Source: Pyrobaculum aerophilum str. IM2 (GTDB lineage: Archaea > Thermoproteota > Thermoprotei > Thermoproteales > Thermoproteaceae). Taken from it: a stretch of 32,000 nt of DNA. The DNA lies in assembly GCF_000007225.1 (NCBI RefSeq), contig NC_003364.1, forward strand, positions 630,001-662,000. The letters run 5' to 3'. Below the pieces are notes generated by a model. That model was not told the origin of the DNA and did not search any database. It worked only from the letters and a program-made list of their open reading frames with translations. Of the stretch, positions 16,298 to 25,700 are shown piece after piece. Within the stretch, counting starts at the first letter, position 1; the number at the start of each line of letters is the position of its first letter. Position numbers and translations under genes: made by a program.

Positions 16298-16990
16298 GTG
16301 GCTCTGCCGTTGCGAGATATAAATCCTACAATGACGTTTCCGTTTGTCACAAAGGCGTTGGTGTTTATAAACGTTGCCGTGTTTATCTACGAGCTTCTTA
16401 ACCCCGCCGTTATTCAAAAATACGCCTTTGTTCCAGCCCTGGCATTTTCAGAGCCTTACAGATGGGTTACGCACATGTTCCTCCACGGGGGACTTCTGCA
16501 CATAGTTGGTAATATGATCTACCTGTGGGTCTTCGGCGACAATGTGGAGGATCACTACGGACACTTCCGTTTTCTAGCGCTTTATCTCATGTGGGGGTTG
16601 GCCGCCGCCTTTGTTCACTACTGGGCTGTGGCTAGCCAAGCGGCATTGCTATCCGCAGTGGGCGTTGTGGGAGATCCCATGTGGGTGCCTGCCGTAGGCG
16701 CCTCGGGGGCTATAAGCGGGGTGCTCGGCGCCTATATGGTGCTCTATCCACACGCGCGGATTTTAACCCTTACTTTTTTCATAGTGATAACGCTGGTGGA
16801 AATACCTGCTTGGGCTTACATAGGATTTTGGTTTATTTACCAGCTCTTTTACGGCGCATTGGAGTTCATCACGTTGCAGTCAAGCGGCGTGGCGTACTTC
16901 GCCCACATAGGAGGGTTCATTGCGGGGGCTCTGACCGCGTTAATATATAGAAGGAGGCGTGCTGTGCATTACTACTGGTATTGGCAGTAA
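16298..16990 (+). CDS. Rhomboid-family intramembrane serine protease
   Basis: 230-aa polytopic ORF (GTG start) with the catalytic GASGAISG (GxSG) motif, the downstream HIGGFIAG histidine, and HMFLHGGLLHIVGN. A TATA element at 16274-16281 lies ~20 nt upstream of the start. Confidence 0.9.
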   Translation: MALPLRDINPTMTFPFVTKALVFINVAVFIYELLNPAVIQKYAFVPALAFSEPYRWVTHMFLHGGLLHIVGNMIYLWVFGDNVEDHYGHFRFLALYLMWGLAAAFVHYWAVASQAALLSAVGVVGDPMWVPAVGASGAISGVLGAYMVLYPHARILTLTFFIVITLVEIPAWAYIGFWFIYQLFYGALEFITLQSSGVAYFAHIGGFIAGALTALIYRRRRAVHYYWYWQ

Positions 16991-17085
16991 TATCGCGGGG
17001 CTTTTCGCTAGCGTTTTACTGACTTGTGGGCATGGAGAAAAACGGCCGGCCAAAAACATTTCAATATTAAACATAGGTTATATTC

Positions 17086-17733
17086 ATGAAGGACGCCAGA
17101 GCCATTATGAGTGATAATGTTAAGTTAGATGCGCTGGATATGCTTATTTTATACAGTATATATACTGCAAGGGGGGAGGTTTCGCGTAAGGTTATTAACA
17201 AGGTTGTGTCTTATGGCATACTTGTAAGAGGGGGCAAGTTCAATCCCGTTGATGAGCCGAGGCTATTAAGGCCCTTAAGGATTAGCCACTTCGGCTGGAT
17301 CATCCCCGACGTTGATGAAAGGCTGAGGAAGTTGGCAGAGGCCGGTTTCTTGGAGCTCCGCTACGAAAAGAAAGGGAGGAGGGAGGTCATATACGCCAAG
17401 CCTAAGGATATACACGGTGTGTTCGAGGTAGTGAAAACGGCGTTGGCCAAAGAGCTCAGCGAGGCGAGAGCTACCGCCATTTTAGAGTCGATTAACGAGG
17501 CGCTGGAGCTTTATAGAAGGGGTGGGTCAGAGGGACTAGTAAAGGCCCTTGAGGAAAGTACGTATATCGCTGGCGTGAAGTACGCCTTAGTTGGTTGGGA
17601 CGGTGAGAGTTACGCAAAGGTCATGGGGGAGTTGAACAAAAGGGGAGAGGAGATAAGGAAGAAGCATCCAGATATGCCTGGCAGCGCGGAGTTTTTAGAA
17701 CTGAGGCGCAGAATCAAAGAGCCTCTTTTGTAG
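17086..17733 (+). CDS. Hypothetical protein, possible winged-helix domain
   Basis: 215-aa ORF in a visibly A/T-richer stretch. LRKLAEAGFLELRYEKKGRREVIY looks like a wHTH recognition helix plus wing. It ends 10 nt upstream of the PIN-domain ORF. No family assignment possible by eye. Confidence 0.55.
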   Translation: MKDARAIMSDNVKLDALDMLILYSIYTARGEVSRKVINKVVSYGILVRGGKFNPVDEPRLLRPLRISHFGWIIPDVDERLRKLAEAGFLELRYEKKGRREVIYAKPKDIHGVFEVVKTALAKELSEARATAILESINEALELYRRGGSEGLVKALEESTYIAGVKYALVGWDGESYAKVMGELNKRGEEIRKKHPDMPGSAEFLELRRRIKEPLL

Positions 17734-17742
17734 ACCCCCTAG

Positions 17743-18504
17743 ATGCGTTCTCTTGGATCTAAAAGGTCGCTGTATCTAAGGTTATTTCGCCACGGGTTAG
17801 AACTAAGCGAACTCTTAGATGGCGTAGCAAGGGGCTTGCGGGCGCCATCAGAGATCAAGATTCTTGCGGACACGAGCATAATACTAGCATCAATGTTGTT
17901 AGAGGAAAGGGATAGGGTGATTATGTTATCGATTAGCGACTTATTAGAAGGTCTAAGCCGTCTCCAGATACCCGTGTTAGTATCATCAACAACTATCTTT
18001 GACGCATGGTCGGCGTTGGCTAAACGGGCAATACGGCAAGATCTCTTGCCAGCTAAGATAATTAGTATGATTGAAAGTTTTATCTCGTCGCCTAGCAATA
18101 TCATTGTGTTAATTCACAAGGCTACTCCTCTAGTAGAGGGAAGGCTCAATATCAAGTGGGAGCCGTTGACTCATGAAGATGTATATGCGGCAAGCGAGGC
18201 CACCAGTACGAATATGCTAAAAGAGTTGGGAATTCACGACATTTTCATAGTATCTACCGCCAAGAGACTTGGCGCGTATTTACTAACTGCGGACCGAAAA
18301 CTACGTTTTTTGAAATATGCCGTGCTAGATAAGGGAGTTATGGTGGTAATACCGTGTTCATGGGTTATAGCTTCATACTATCGTAAACACGTAGGGCCTC
18401 GCTATGTGCAGTCGCAAAGAGCCGTCGATATATTCCAGTATGTAGTAGAGAAGGAGTCAAGAATAAAGAGTTTAGTGAATAGATTTGAACAGTGTATGAG
18501 ATGA
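17743..18504 (+). CDS. PIN-domain protein (VapC-like nuclease fold, long form)
   Basis: 253-aa ORF. ILADTSIIL (N-terminal acidic PIN motif) and HDIFIVSTAKRLGAYLLTADRKL (C-terminal PIN signature) are spaced as in PIN domains. It carries extra sequence at both ends compared with minimal VapC. Confidence 0.55.
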   Translation: MRSLGSKRSLYLRLFRHGLELSELLDGVARGLRAPSEIKILADTSIILASMLLEERDRVIMLSISDLLEGLSRLQIPVLVSSTTIFDAWSALAKRAIRQDLLPAKIISMIESFISSPSNIIVLIHKATPLVEGRLNIKWEPLTHEDVYAASEATSTNMLKELGIHDIFIVSTAKRLGAYLLTADRKLRFLKYAVLDKGVMVVIPCSWVIASYYRKHVGPRYVQSQRAVDIFQYVVEKESRIKSLVNRFEQCMR

Positions 18505-18583
18505 GAAAGGATATCTCCCGCTGGCAGGGGAAACCTCCAAGAGGCGTGGCGTCTGCATCGTAAAGGGGGGACAGTAAGTAATA

Positions 18584-18850
18584 CTACTCCCGTCTTACAA
18601 CTTTCTCTTTTGACAAAGCGCTCTCTATGGCCTCAAGCTTTCTCAAGGCGTTGGCGCAATTGAGAATGTATATAGTAGTCCCGTTGATTTTTGCCGATTT
18701 TATATATCCGTTATTCTCCAGCCAGAAGAGGTGCCACTGGGCGGCTCCCCAGGTAATGCCTAGATCTTTAACTACATCTGTGACCGTCGTATAGCCCTGG
18801 GTTGCTATTTTTCTAAGGATTTGAACCTTGACGTTATCAAGCATTGCCAT
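18584..18850 (-). CDS. Small winged-helix DNA-binding protein (ArsR/MarR-like)
   Basis: 88-aa ORF. VQILRKIATQGYTTVTDVVKDLGITWGAAQWHLFWLENNGYIKS has the typical HTH-plus-wing layout. A TATA-like element on the minus strand lies ~20 nt upstream (18866-18876). Confidence 0.65.
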   Translation of the reverse strand: MAMLDNVKVQILRKIATQGYTTVTDVVKDLGITWGAAQWHLFWLENNGYIKSAKINGTTIYILNCANALRKLEAIESALSKEKVVRRE

Positions 18851-18914
18851 ACAAATTTTCCTCAGTTATATTTTTTCCGGAGATCTGTTTATAACTGGGG
18901 TTTTATATAATAAT

Positions 18915-18977
18915 GCCCCTGGCGTGGGGCGTCGAGGCGCCGCCACGGCCGCTGTGAAAACGCCCCCTCCAAGGGGC
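18915..18977. other. GC-rich nested inverted repeat (candidate small structured RNA or operator)
   Basis: The outer arms GCCCCTGG (18915-18922) and CCAAGGGGC (18969-18977) pair with one bulged A. The inner arms GGGGCG (18926-18931) and CGCCCC (18961-18966) pair perfectly. The element sits in A/T-rich flanks, with TATA-like elements at 18887-18895 and 18901-18910 just upstream. Confidence 0.3.
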
Positions 18978-19008
18978 GCACAATTTAAACACATGTCTCA
19001 TTTAAACT

Positions 19009-19368
19009 GTGGACATAGTAGTATCAGCATCGACGTTAGGACTGCTGGGAGGATTAGTGGTTCTGCTCACGTTTTTCGGCCGCATCCCGCCCTGGCTTGG
19101 ATACCCCATAGGTGGGGGCTTGCTCTCTATTTACGTGCTTATCCTCGTCGTTGGCTTAAAGGCGTCTCGGGAGTTTAGGAAGAGGCCGCCCCCCACGGCC
19201 AGCGTCGTTGGCAAGAGGGGGGTGGTGGTGGAGGCGGAGGCCGGGTGGGCGCTGGTAAAAATCGAGGGCGCCTACTGGAAGGCGTATTGCAACGGCTGTG
19301 CCCCCGGAGACGTCGTCGAGGTGGTTAGGGTAGGCGACGCGGGGGTGGAGGTAAGGAGGGTTGGATGA
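19009..19368 (+). CDS. NfeD-like membrane protein (C-terminal OB-fold type)
   Basis: 119-aa ORF (GTG start) with two N-terminal hydrophobic helices, followed by GKRGVVVEAEAGWALVKIEGAYWKAYCNGCAPGDVVEVVRVGDAGVEV, which fits the NfeD C-terminal domain pattern. Confidence 0.7.
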   Translation: MDIVVSASTLGLLGGLVVLLTFFGRIPPWLGYPIGGGLLSIYVLILVVGLKASREFRKRPPPTASVVGKRGVVVEAEAGWALVKIEGAYWKAYCNGCAPGDVVEVVRVGDAGVEVRRVG

Positions 19369-19853
19369 TTCCCCTAGTGGTTTTGGCGCTTGTAGTGGCG
19401 GCGATTATATTACATTTATTATGGCCTTTCCTCGCGGGGAGGGGAGGCGCCTACAGTACGTCGAGCGTAAGTGCGACTGAGTGGGCGTTTAGACGCATTG
19501 GAGTGGCGGGGAGGAGGGTGTACGACTTGGGTTGCGGCTACGGCGTAATACTCGCGCTTGCGAAGAGAATGGGAGCAGTGCCCATCGGCGTAGAGATCGA
19601 CCCGTTGCGGTGGCTGATATGTTCCCTACGCTGTAGGTGCAGAGTTATTCTAGGGGATATGTTCCAAGTCCCCCTCGCCGATGCCGACGTTGTATACATA
19701 TTCCAGTGGCCATCTGTTAACGCGCGTCTCGCTGAGAAATTCCTCAGCGAGTTGAGGCCTGGGGCATACGTCGTGTCGTATATGTGGGAAGTGCCCCGCC
19801 TTAAGCTCGTGGCCTACGAACCTGTCCTCAAGATCTATATTTATCAAGTTTAA
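19365..19853 (+). CDS. Class I SAM-dependent methyltransferase with N-terminal membrane helix
   Basis: 162-aa ORF with motif I VYDLGCGYG and a following acidic motif (GVEID). It has a 4-nt ATGA overlap with the NfeD-like gene. Confidence 0.7.
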   Translation: MIPLVVLALVVAAIILHLLWPFLAGRGGAYSTSSVSATEWAFRRIGVAGRRVYDLGCGYGVILALAKRMGAVPIGVEIDPLRWLICSLRCRCRVILGDMFQVPLADADVVYIFQWPSVNARLAEKFLSELRPGAYVVSYMWEVPRLKLVAYEPVLKIYIYQV

Positions 19854-19876
19854 AGCTTTTAATCAGTGGGCTTTTA

Positions 19877-22720
19877 ATGCCTATGAGCGAGCTGTCAAGC
19901 CTCTTTATAAAGATGGCGGAGAAGTGGCAGGCTAAGTGGGCCGAGGCGCGGGTGTACGAGCCCGAGCCTAGGCCCGGGGCGGCTAAGTTTTTCGTAACAG
20001 CGGCATATCCCTATCCCAACGGCGCTATTCACATTGGCCACGGGCGGACGTATTTAATTGCCGACGTGTTGGCGCGTTTTCACAGACACATGGGCCGCGT
20101 CGTTCTATTCCCCATGGGATTTCACTACACGGGCACTCCGATATTGACCATCGCAGAGGCAATTGCCTCAGGCGACGCGACTGTTATTGAGGAGTACATG
20201 GCGATATACGGAGTCCCTAAAGATGAGATTGAAAAAATGGGCAACCCCCTGTACCTGGCCCGGTACTTCCACGAGCAGTCAAAAAGGGCGATGCAGAAAT
20301 TCGGCCTAGGCATTGACTGGACTAGGGAGTTCACGACTATCGACCCCGAGTACCAGCGCTTCATACAGTGGCAGTTTGAAAAGCTCAGGGAGAGGGGGCT
20401 GATTGTGAGGGGGAGACATCCCGTCGGCTGGTGCCCCCGCCACTCAATGCCAGTGGGCGCTCATGACACAAAAGACGACAAAGAGCCCGAGATCGGCCAG
20501 TGGACGTTGATTTACTTCGCCGATGGGGAGGGGCTTGTCTTTCCTGCGGCGACGCTCAGGCCAGAGACGGTGCTGGGCGTTACAAATATGTGGATTAACC
20601 CAGACGCCGAATACGCCGTTATTGAGCACAACGGCCGCAAAATGGTAGTGAGTAAAGACGCGGCTTTTAGGCTGTCTTTCCAGGGGGATGTGAGGATTTT
20701 GAGAGAGGCCAGGGGGAGGGAGTTTGTAGGCCGCTCCGTCCAGAACCCAGTGACTGGGGAGTGGGTCCCCGTATATGAGGCAAAGTTTGTAGACCCCAAG
20801 GTGGGCACAGGCGTAGTTATGTCTGTGCCTGCCCACGCGCCTTACGACTACGCCGCGCTGAGGGATTTAAACGCAGTGAGGCTAATTCCGCTGATCCGAG
20901 TCGAGGGCTATGGCGACTACCCGGCTAAGGAGGTTGTGGAGCGTATGGGGATTAAGAGCCAGACAGACCCCGCGCTTGAGGAGGCAACTAGGGAGGTTTA
21001 CTCAGCGGAGTATACAAAAGGCGTTATGAGAGAAGACGTCGTTGGGCGCGTCGGCGCACACCTAAGCGAGCCTGCGAGGTCTATGCTGAGGGCTGTGTTT
21101 AAGATGTACTTCGCCGGGAGGCCCGTGAGGGAGGCGAGGGAGTTTATCTCCAAGTGGCTTGTGGAGGCCGGCATTGGCGGCGTGATGTACGACATTATGA
21201 ACAAGCCGGTGTATTGCCGTTGCGGAACTGAAATCGTAGTCAAGGTTTTAGAGGATCAGTGGTTTATTAATTACGGCGAGGGGAGGTGGAAAGAGTTGGC
21301 GAGAAAACTCGTTGAGGAAATGGCTATAGTGCCGCCGGAGGCAAAGGCGCATTTCCTTGCCACAATAGACTGGCTGGACAAAAGGGCATGCGCCAGGACT
21401 AGGGGGCTGGGGACGCCGCTACCGTGGAGCGACGGGTGGGTTATCGAGAGCCTCAGCGACTCCACTATATACATGGCCTTTTACACTGTGATTAAGAGAA
21501 TAAGGCAATTCGGCATTAAGCCGGAGCAGTTAATTAAAGAGTTTTGGGACTACGTGTTCCTAGGCGTCGGGACGCCAGAGGAGGTGGCTAAGAGGACTGG
21601 GGTGCCGCCAGAGCAATTAAAGGCAATTAGGGAGGAGTTCGACTTCTGGTATCCGCTTGACTCCCGCAACTCGGGCAAGGACTTAATACCAAACCACTTG
21701 ACGTTCTTCATCTTTAACCACGTGGCCATATTCCCCAGGGAGAAGTGGCCGCGGCAAATAGTGGCCAACGGCTGGGTTTTAAGAGAGGGGGAAAAAATGT
21801 CGAAGTCAAAACGCAACGTACTGCCCTTAGACAAGGCAGTGGACATGTACGGGCCAGATCCCCTAAGGGCCACCCTCGCCATAACGGCCGAGGTAGAGCA
21901 AGACTTAGACTTTAGACACGCAGAAGCTATTAGAAACGCCCAGCAACTCATGTCTATTTACTCCTTGGCGCAGAGGCTGGCCCAAACCGCCGAGGACCGT
22001 AGCCCCAACTGGCTTGACAAATGGCTAGTGTCAGAAATTGCGCTTGTGTTAGAAAGAGCCAGGGAGGCGTATGAGAAAGTGAGGGTGAGACAAGCCGCCG
22101 TGGAGGTTTTATACAATGCCAAGAGCGTGTTTGACCAGTATTTAGCCAGCGTGGAGAGGCCGTCAAAACTGGCAGTGGAGGCGGCGAGGGCCTGGGCCGT
22201 GGCCATGGAGCCTATAGCGCCCCACTTGGCAGAGGAGATATGGTCTATCCTAGGCGGGGAGGGGCTTGTGGTAAAGGCTCCATGGCCCCAGTTAAGGCCA
22301 GATCCAGTGGCTCTGCTGGCCAAGAGATATGTGGACATGGTAATAGACGACGTCAAGAGAATACCAGCCTTCGGGGAGGGCGTTAAGAGAGTAGTAATTT
22401 ACGTAAATCCCAATTACGCGTGGGTCAAGGCGGCTTTAAGCGGCGATGTGAAGGCGGTGATAAACGCAGGTGCGCCGCCCCAAGCGGCTAAACGTGTGGT
22501 AGATATAGTAAAGACGCTGGGAGACGAGCTCCGCGGCCTTATTTCCGCCGTGGGGAAATTCGACGAGGCAGAGGCCCTCGCCTCTTACAAAAACTACATG
22601 GAGAAGGCGCTAGGCGCACCTATGGAGATTTACAACGCAGATGATCCATCGGCGCCTGACCTGGGGAGCAAGAAGAAGGTCGCGTTGCCCCTAAGGCCGG
22701 GCATTTATATCGAAAAGTAA
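19877..22720 (+). CDS. leuS: Leucyl-tRNA synthetase (archaeal type)
   Basis: 947-aa ORF with the HIGH motif (AIHIGHGRTY) and KMSKS, an inserted editing domain, and overall LeuRS-like sequence (PYPNGAIHIGH, LIPNHLTFFIFNH). Confidence 0.95.
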   Translation: MPMSELSSLFIKMAEKWQAKWAEARVYEPEPRPGAAKFFVTAAYPYPNGAIHIGHGRTYLIADVLARFHRHMGRVVLFPMGFHYTGTPILTIAEAIASGDATVIEEYMAIYGVPKDEIEKMGNPLYLARYFHEQSKRAMQKFGLGIDWTREFTTIDPEYQRFIQWQFEKLRERGLIVRGRHPVGWCPRHSMPVGAHDTKDDKEPEIGQWTLIYFADGEGLVFPAATLRPETVLGVTNMWINPDAEYAVIEHNGRKMVVSKDAAFRLSFQGDVRILREARGREFVGRSVQNPVTGEWVPVYEAKFVDPKVGTGVVMSVPAHAPYDYAALRDLNAVRLIPLIRVEGYGDYPAKEVVERMGIKSQTDPALEEATREVYSAEYTKGVMREDVVGRVGAHLSEPARSMLRAVFKMYFAGRPVREAREFISKWLVEAGIGGVMYDIMNKPVYCRCGTEIVVKVLEDQWFINYGEGRWKELARKLVEEMAIVPPEAKAHFLATIDWLDKRACARTRGLGTPLPWSDGWVIESLSDSTIYMAFYTVIKRIRQFGIKPEQLIKEFWDYVFLGVGTPEEVAKRTGVPPEQLKAIREEFDFWYPLDSRNSGKDLIPNHLTFFIFNHVAIFPREKWPRQIVANGWVLREGEKMSKSKRNVLPLDKAVDMYGPDPLRATLAITAEVEQDLDFRHAEAIRNAQQLMSIYSLAQRLAQTAEDRSPNWLDKWLVSEIALVLERAREAYEKVRVRQAAVEVLYNAKSVFDQYLASVERPSKLAVEAARAWAVAMEPIAPHLAEEIWSILGGEGLVVKAPWPQLRPDPVALLAKRYVDMVIDDVKRIPAFGEGVKRVVIYVNPNYAWVKAALSGDVKAVINAGAPPQAAKRVVDIVKTLGDELRGLISAVGKFDEAEALASYKNYMEKALGAPMEIYNADDPSAPDLGSKKKVALPLRPGIYIEK

Positions 22721-22721
22721 A

Positions 22722-25700
22722 TTAACTGGCTAGATGAGGCAAAACCTCTTTTCTAAACTCGTCGTATAACTCGGCGATAACCTCTTCGTATCTCGCCTTG
22801 CCGACTTCAATGGCGTCCATGTACTGTTCTATAAGTCTTGTCCTGTCCTCGCTGACAAGCTTGCCGAAGGCCTCCTTTAAAAATCGGAATATCTCCCTGC
22901 CCCTTTTTGTAGGTATCATGAGTTTTGTGCGCCCTGTCACGTAGACATAATACCGCTTCGCTAAGACTTGAAGTATATGCGCATAAGTGCTGGGCCTGCC
23001 AATACCCCGCTGTCTCATTAACGCCAATACGTCTGCTTGAGACAATACCCTCCTCACAACGCGGTATCTCTTAATCACTACGTCTAGAGTCCCCGTGGGC
23101 AATTCCGGCTCTACAGGCGTGAGTTGATACAGAGTTTGAAATCCCATATACGCCACTCCCACGGTCCTCTCAAGTTGTATCACGTGGCCGTCTATTTCCA
23201 CGTTGTACTTGGCGACTTCCACTACGCTGGGTTCCATCTGGCTTGCCATAAAGCGCCTGAAGATTATGTCGTATAACTGGTAGTGGCTCTTAGTCAGCTG
23301 AATAGCTAATTGTATAACGCCTGCGTTTACGAGACCGCGGAGCTCCTCCACGTCTATAGGCCTCGTGGGCCTAATGGCCTCGTGCGCTCCCTCCTCGGCC
23401 TCCCCCCAGCTCCTCGGCTTAAAGACCCCCTCGCCGAATTTTCTCACTATGTACTCCCTTGCTATAGCAATGCCGGCGGTGGACACTCTTGTGCTGTCCG
23501 TGCGGTGATATGTGATAAGCCCGCTCTCAAATAAGTCCTGGGCAAGCCTCATGGCGTAGTCTGCCGAGAGGCCGAGTTTATTCACCGCATCTCTCAGCAA
23601 CTCGTCGGTGGTGTAAGGTGGGGGCGGGTTCACCTGTCGCCTTTCCCTCGCTACGAGCTTAATTGCGACTCTCTTTTTCTTCCGCAAGACGTCGAGCACA
23701 TCTCTGGGGACTTGTAATCTGATGTCTACATCGTTGAGCTGTAACTCCACGTTGTACACCCTGTTTTTCAAAGACTCCTCATATGTATTAACTATCCAGC
23801 CCAACACTGGAGTCTGTACTCTACCAGCGGATAGGTTCGGGTTTTTGAAGTTGGCTTGTAGTATTTTGCTGAGGCCGAAGCCGATCCACCTATCCTCTAC
23901 TCTCCTCACGATTTGTGCCTTCACAAGAGAGAAGTTAACGCCGCGGGGATTTGCCAGGGCGTTTAGAATAGCCCTTCTCGTCACCTCGTGGAACTCCACC
24001 CGCCTAATATCCTGCACATATGGCCGCAGGCCTAGGTATAAATCAAAGGCTATCTTCTCCCCTTCTGAGTCCGGATCAGTGCCGAGCAGTACCGTATCCA
24101 CCTCTACGGCTATATTGCGAATAGCCTCTAAAACGTCCAGCGGCTTACAGCCAGGCGGTATGTCTATGTCGTCAACATAGACCGCGCCTCTACACCTCCA
24201 GATTTTATTATACACGGGGACGAAGCCGTACTCTTTTACAATTACAGCGTAGTTTTCCCCGTCATAATTACCATGTTTAAAATCGCCGAACCACTTGGCC
24301 AGAACCTCGCGTTGTCTCTGGTCAATTTTATTCAGCGACGTTGGCAGTTCGTATATGTGTCCTAGAGAGGCCGTGACCATTAAGACGGCGTCGCCTGTGG
24401 ACACCTCATATATGGGGATGCCCTCTGAGATTATAAGACTAGGCCTGCCGAAGAAGTTGGCAATAGTCCTAGCCTTAGTGGGCGACTCTACTACCATGAG
24501 TATTGTCCTCATGAGATCTACCCCCCGGGCGGCCGGGACAAGCCTCCCCTCCATTATGTCCCTAATCGTCTTCCTATCTCTGTCCACATCTGCCAGTATT
24601 TTGTCTAAATCCGCCTCACCTAAGTGTTTAAACTCCGCCTCGTCAAACCTGAGGCTAAGCTCTCTTTTCAACGCGTGGAATACCTTGGGGTCGTCTACAA
24701 TTACGACGCTGAGGCCCTTGGATAGCCCCCCGGCGTAGAGGCGGGAGGTGCGCCCACTGCCTTGTATGTAAGTAGTCACGTCGGGGACTAAAACGTACAT
24801 CTCCCCGTCGATATAAGCTAGTTTCACCTCTGACGACGTCTCTATGGCCTTGCGTATCTCCTCGTTTTGTAATAAGGAGTTTACGAACTCGACGGCGGAT
24901 TTGACCACATCGACGGCGTGTCTGTCAAAACTTGACAGCTCGGCGCCTTCGCTGGCCTTCTTCAAGGCCTCTTGCACGCTTAAGGCATAGGGGGCCAGCC
25001 TCTTGAGTTGCCCAATTAGCCTATCTGCCTTGTACCTCGCGTCCCCCGCGAGCACAGACCTAACGTTGTAGAGGAAGGTCAAATAGGCCGGTATGGAGAA
25101 TTCCTCAAGTCTAACTCTAAACTTAAACTTGGGCACTCCGACGAAAATTACGTATCGTATAACGTGGGGCAAGTCAATGCCCCTCACTAGTGCAGATCTG
25201 GAAGAGGCCAGCCCCACGAGCGCCGCCAGCTCTCCGCGCTCGAAGCTCTCCAAGACGCCGCGGCGGGGGCGGAAGAAGTGCTCAACAGCGAGACCCGCCT
25301 CCCTGGCCCTCTCCACAATAGCCTCTCCAAGCTCCCTGTCTTGTACGTAGATAATTCCGCCGGGGCCCAGCCTCTTTACAAGCGCCAATGTCTGTTCTAT
25401 AACGTTGTCAGACGCCTCGACGTAGAGGTCCACTACATTTCTGAGACCCTCGGCGCGCCCGCCGACGTCAAAACCCAAAATCTCTCTGAATAGCAATAAC
25501 CTCACCGTTCTCCTTGCCTTAGCCAGCGCGCCGGACGCGACGAATACGCCGAGTTTAAGCCTCTGAACCTCCTCTCGCAACTTAGCCCTCAGCTTTGCCA
25601 TTTCCTGATCTAGTCTCTCCACTTCTTTTAAGTCCCCGGCCACCTCCGCCTTCCTCAACTGCTTAGTTAAGTTAATCACCTCAAGTGCGGTGTTTAATAC

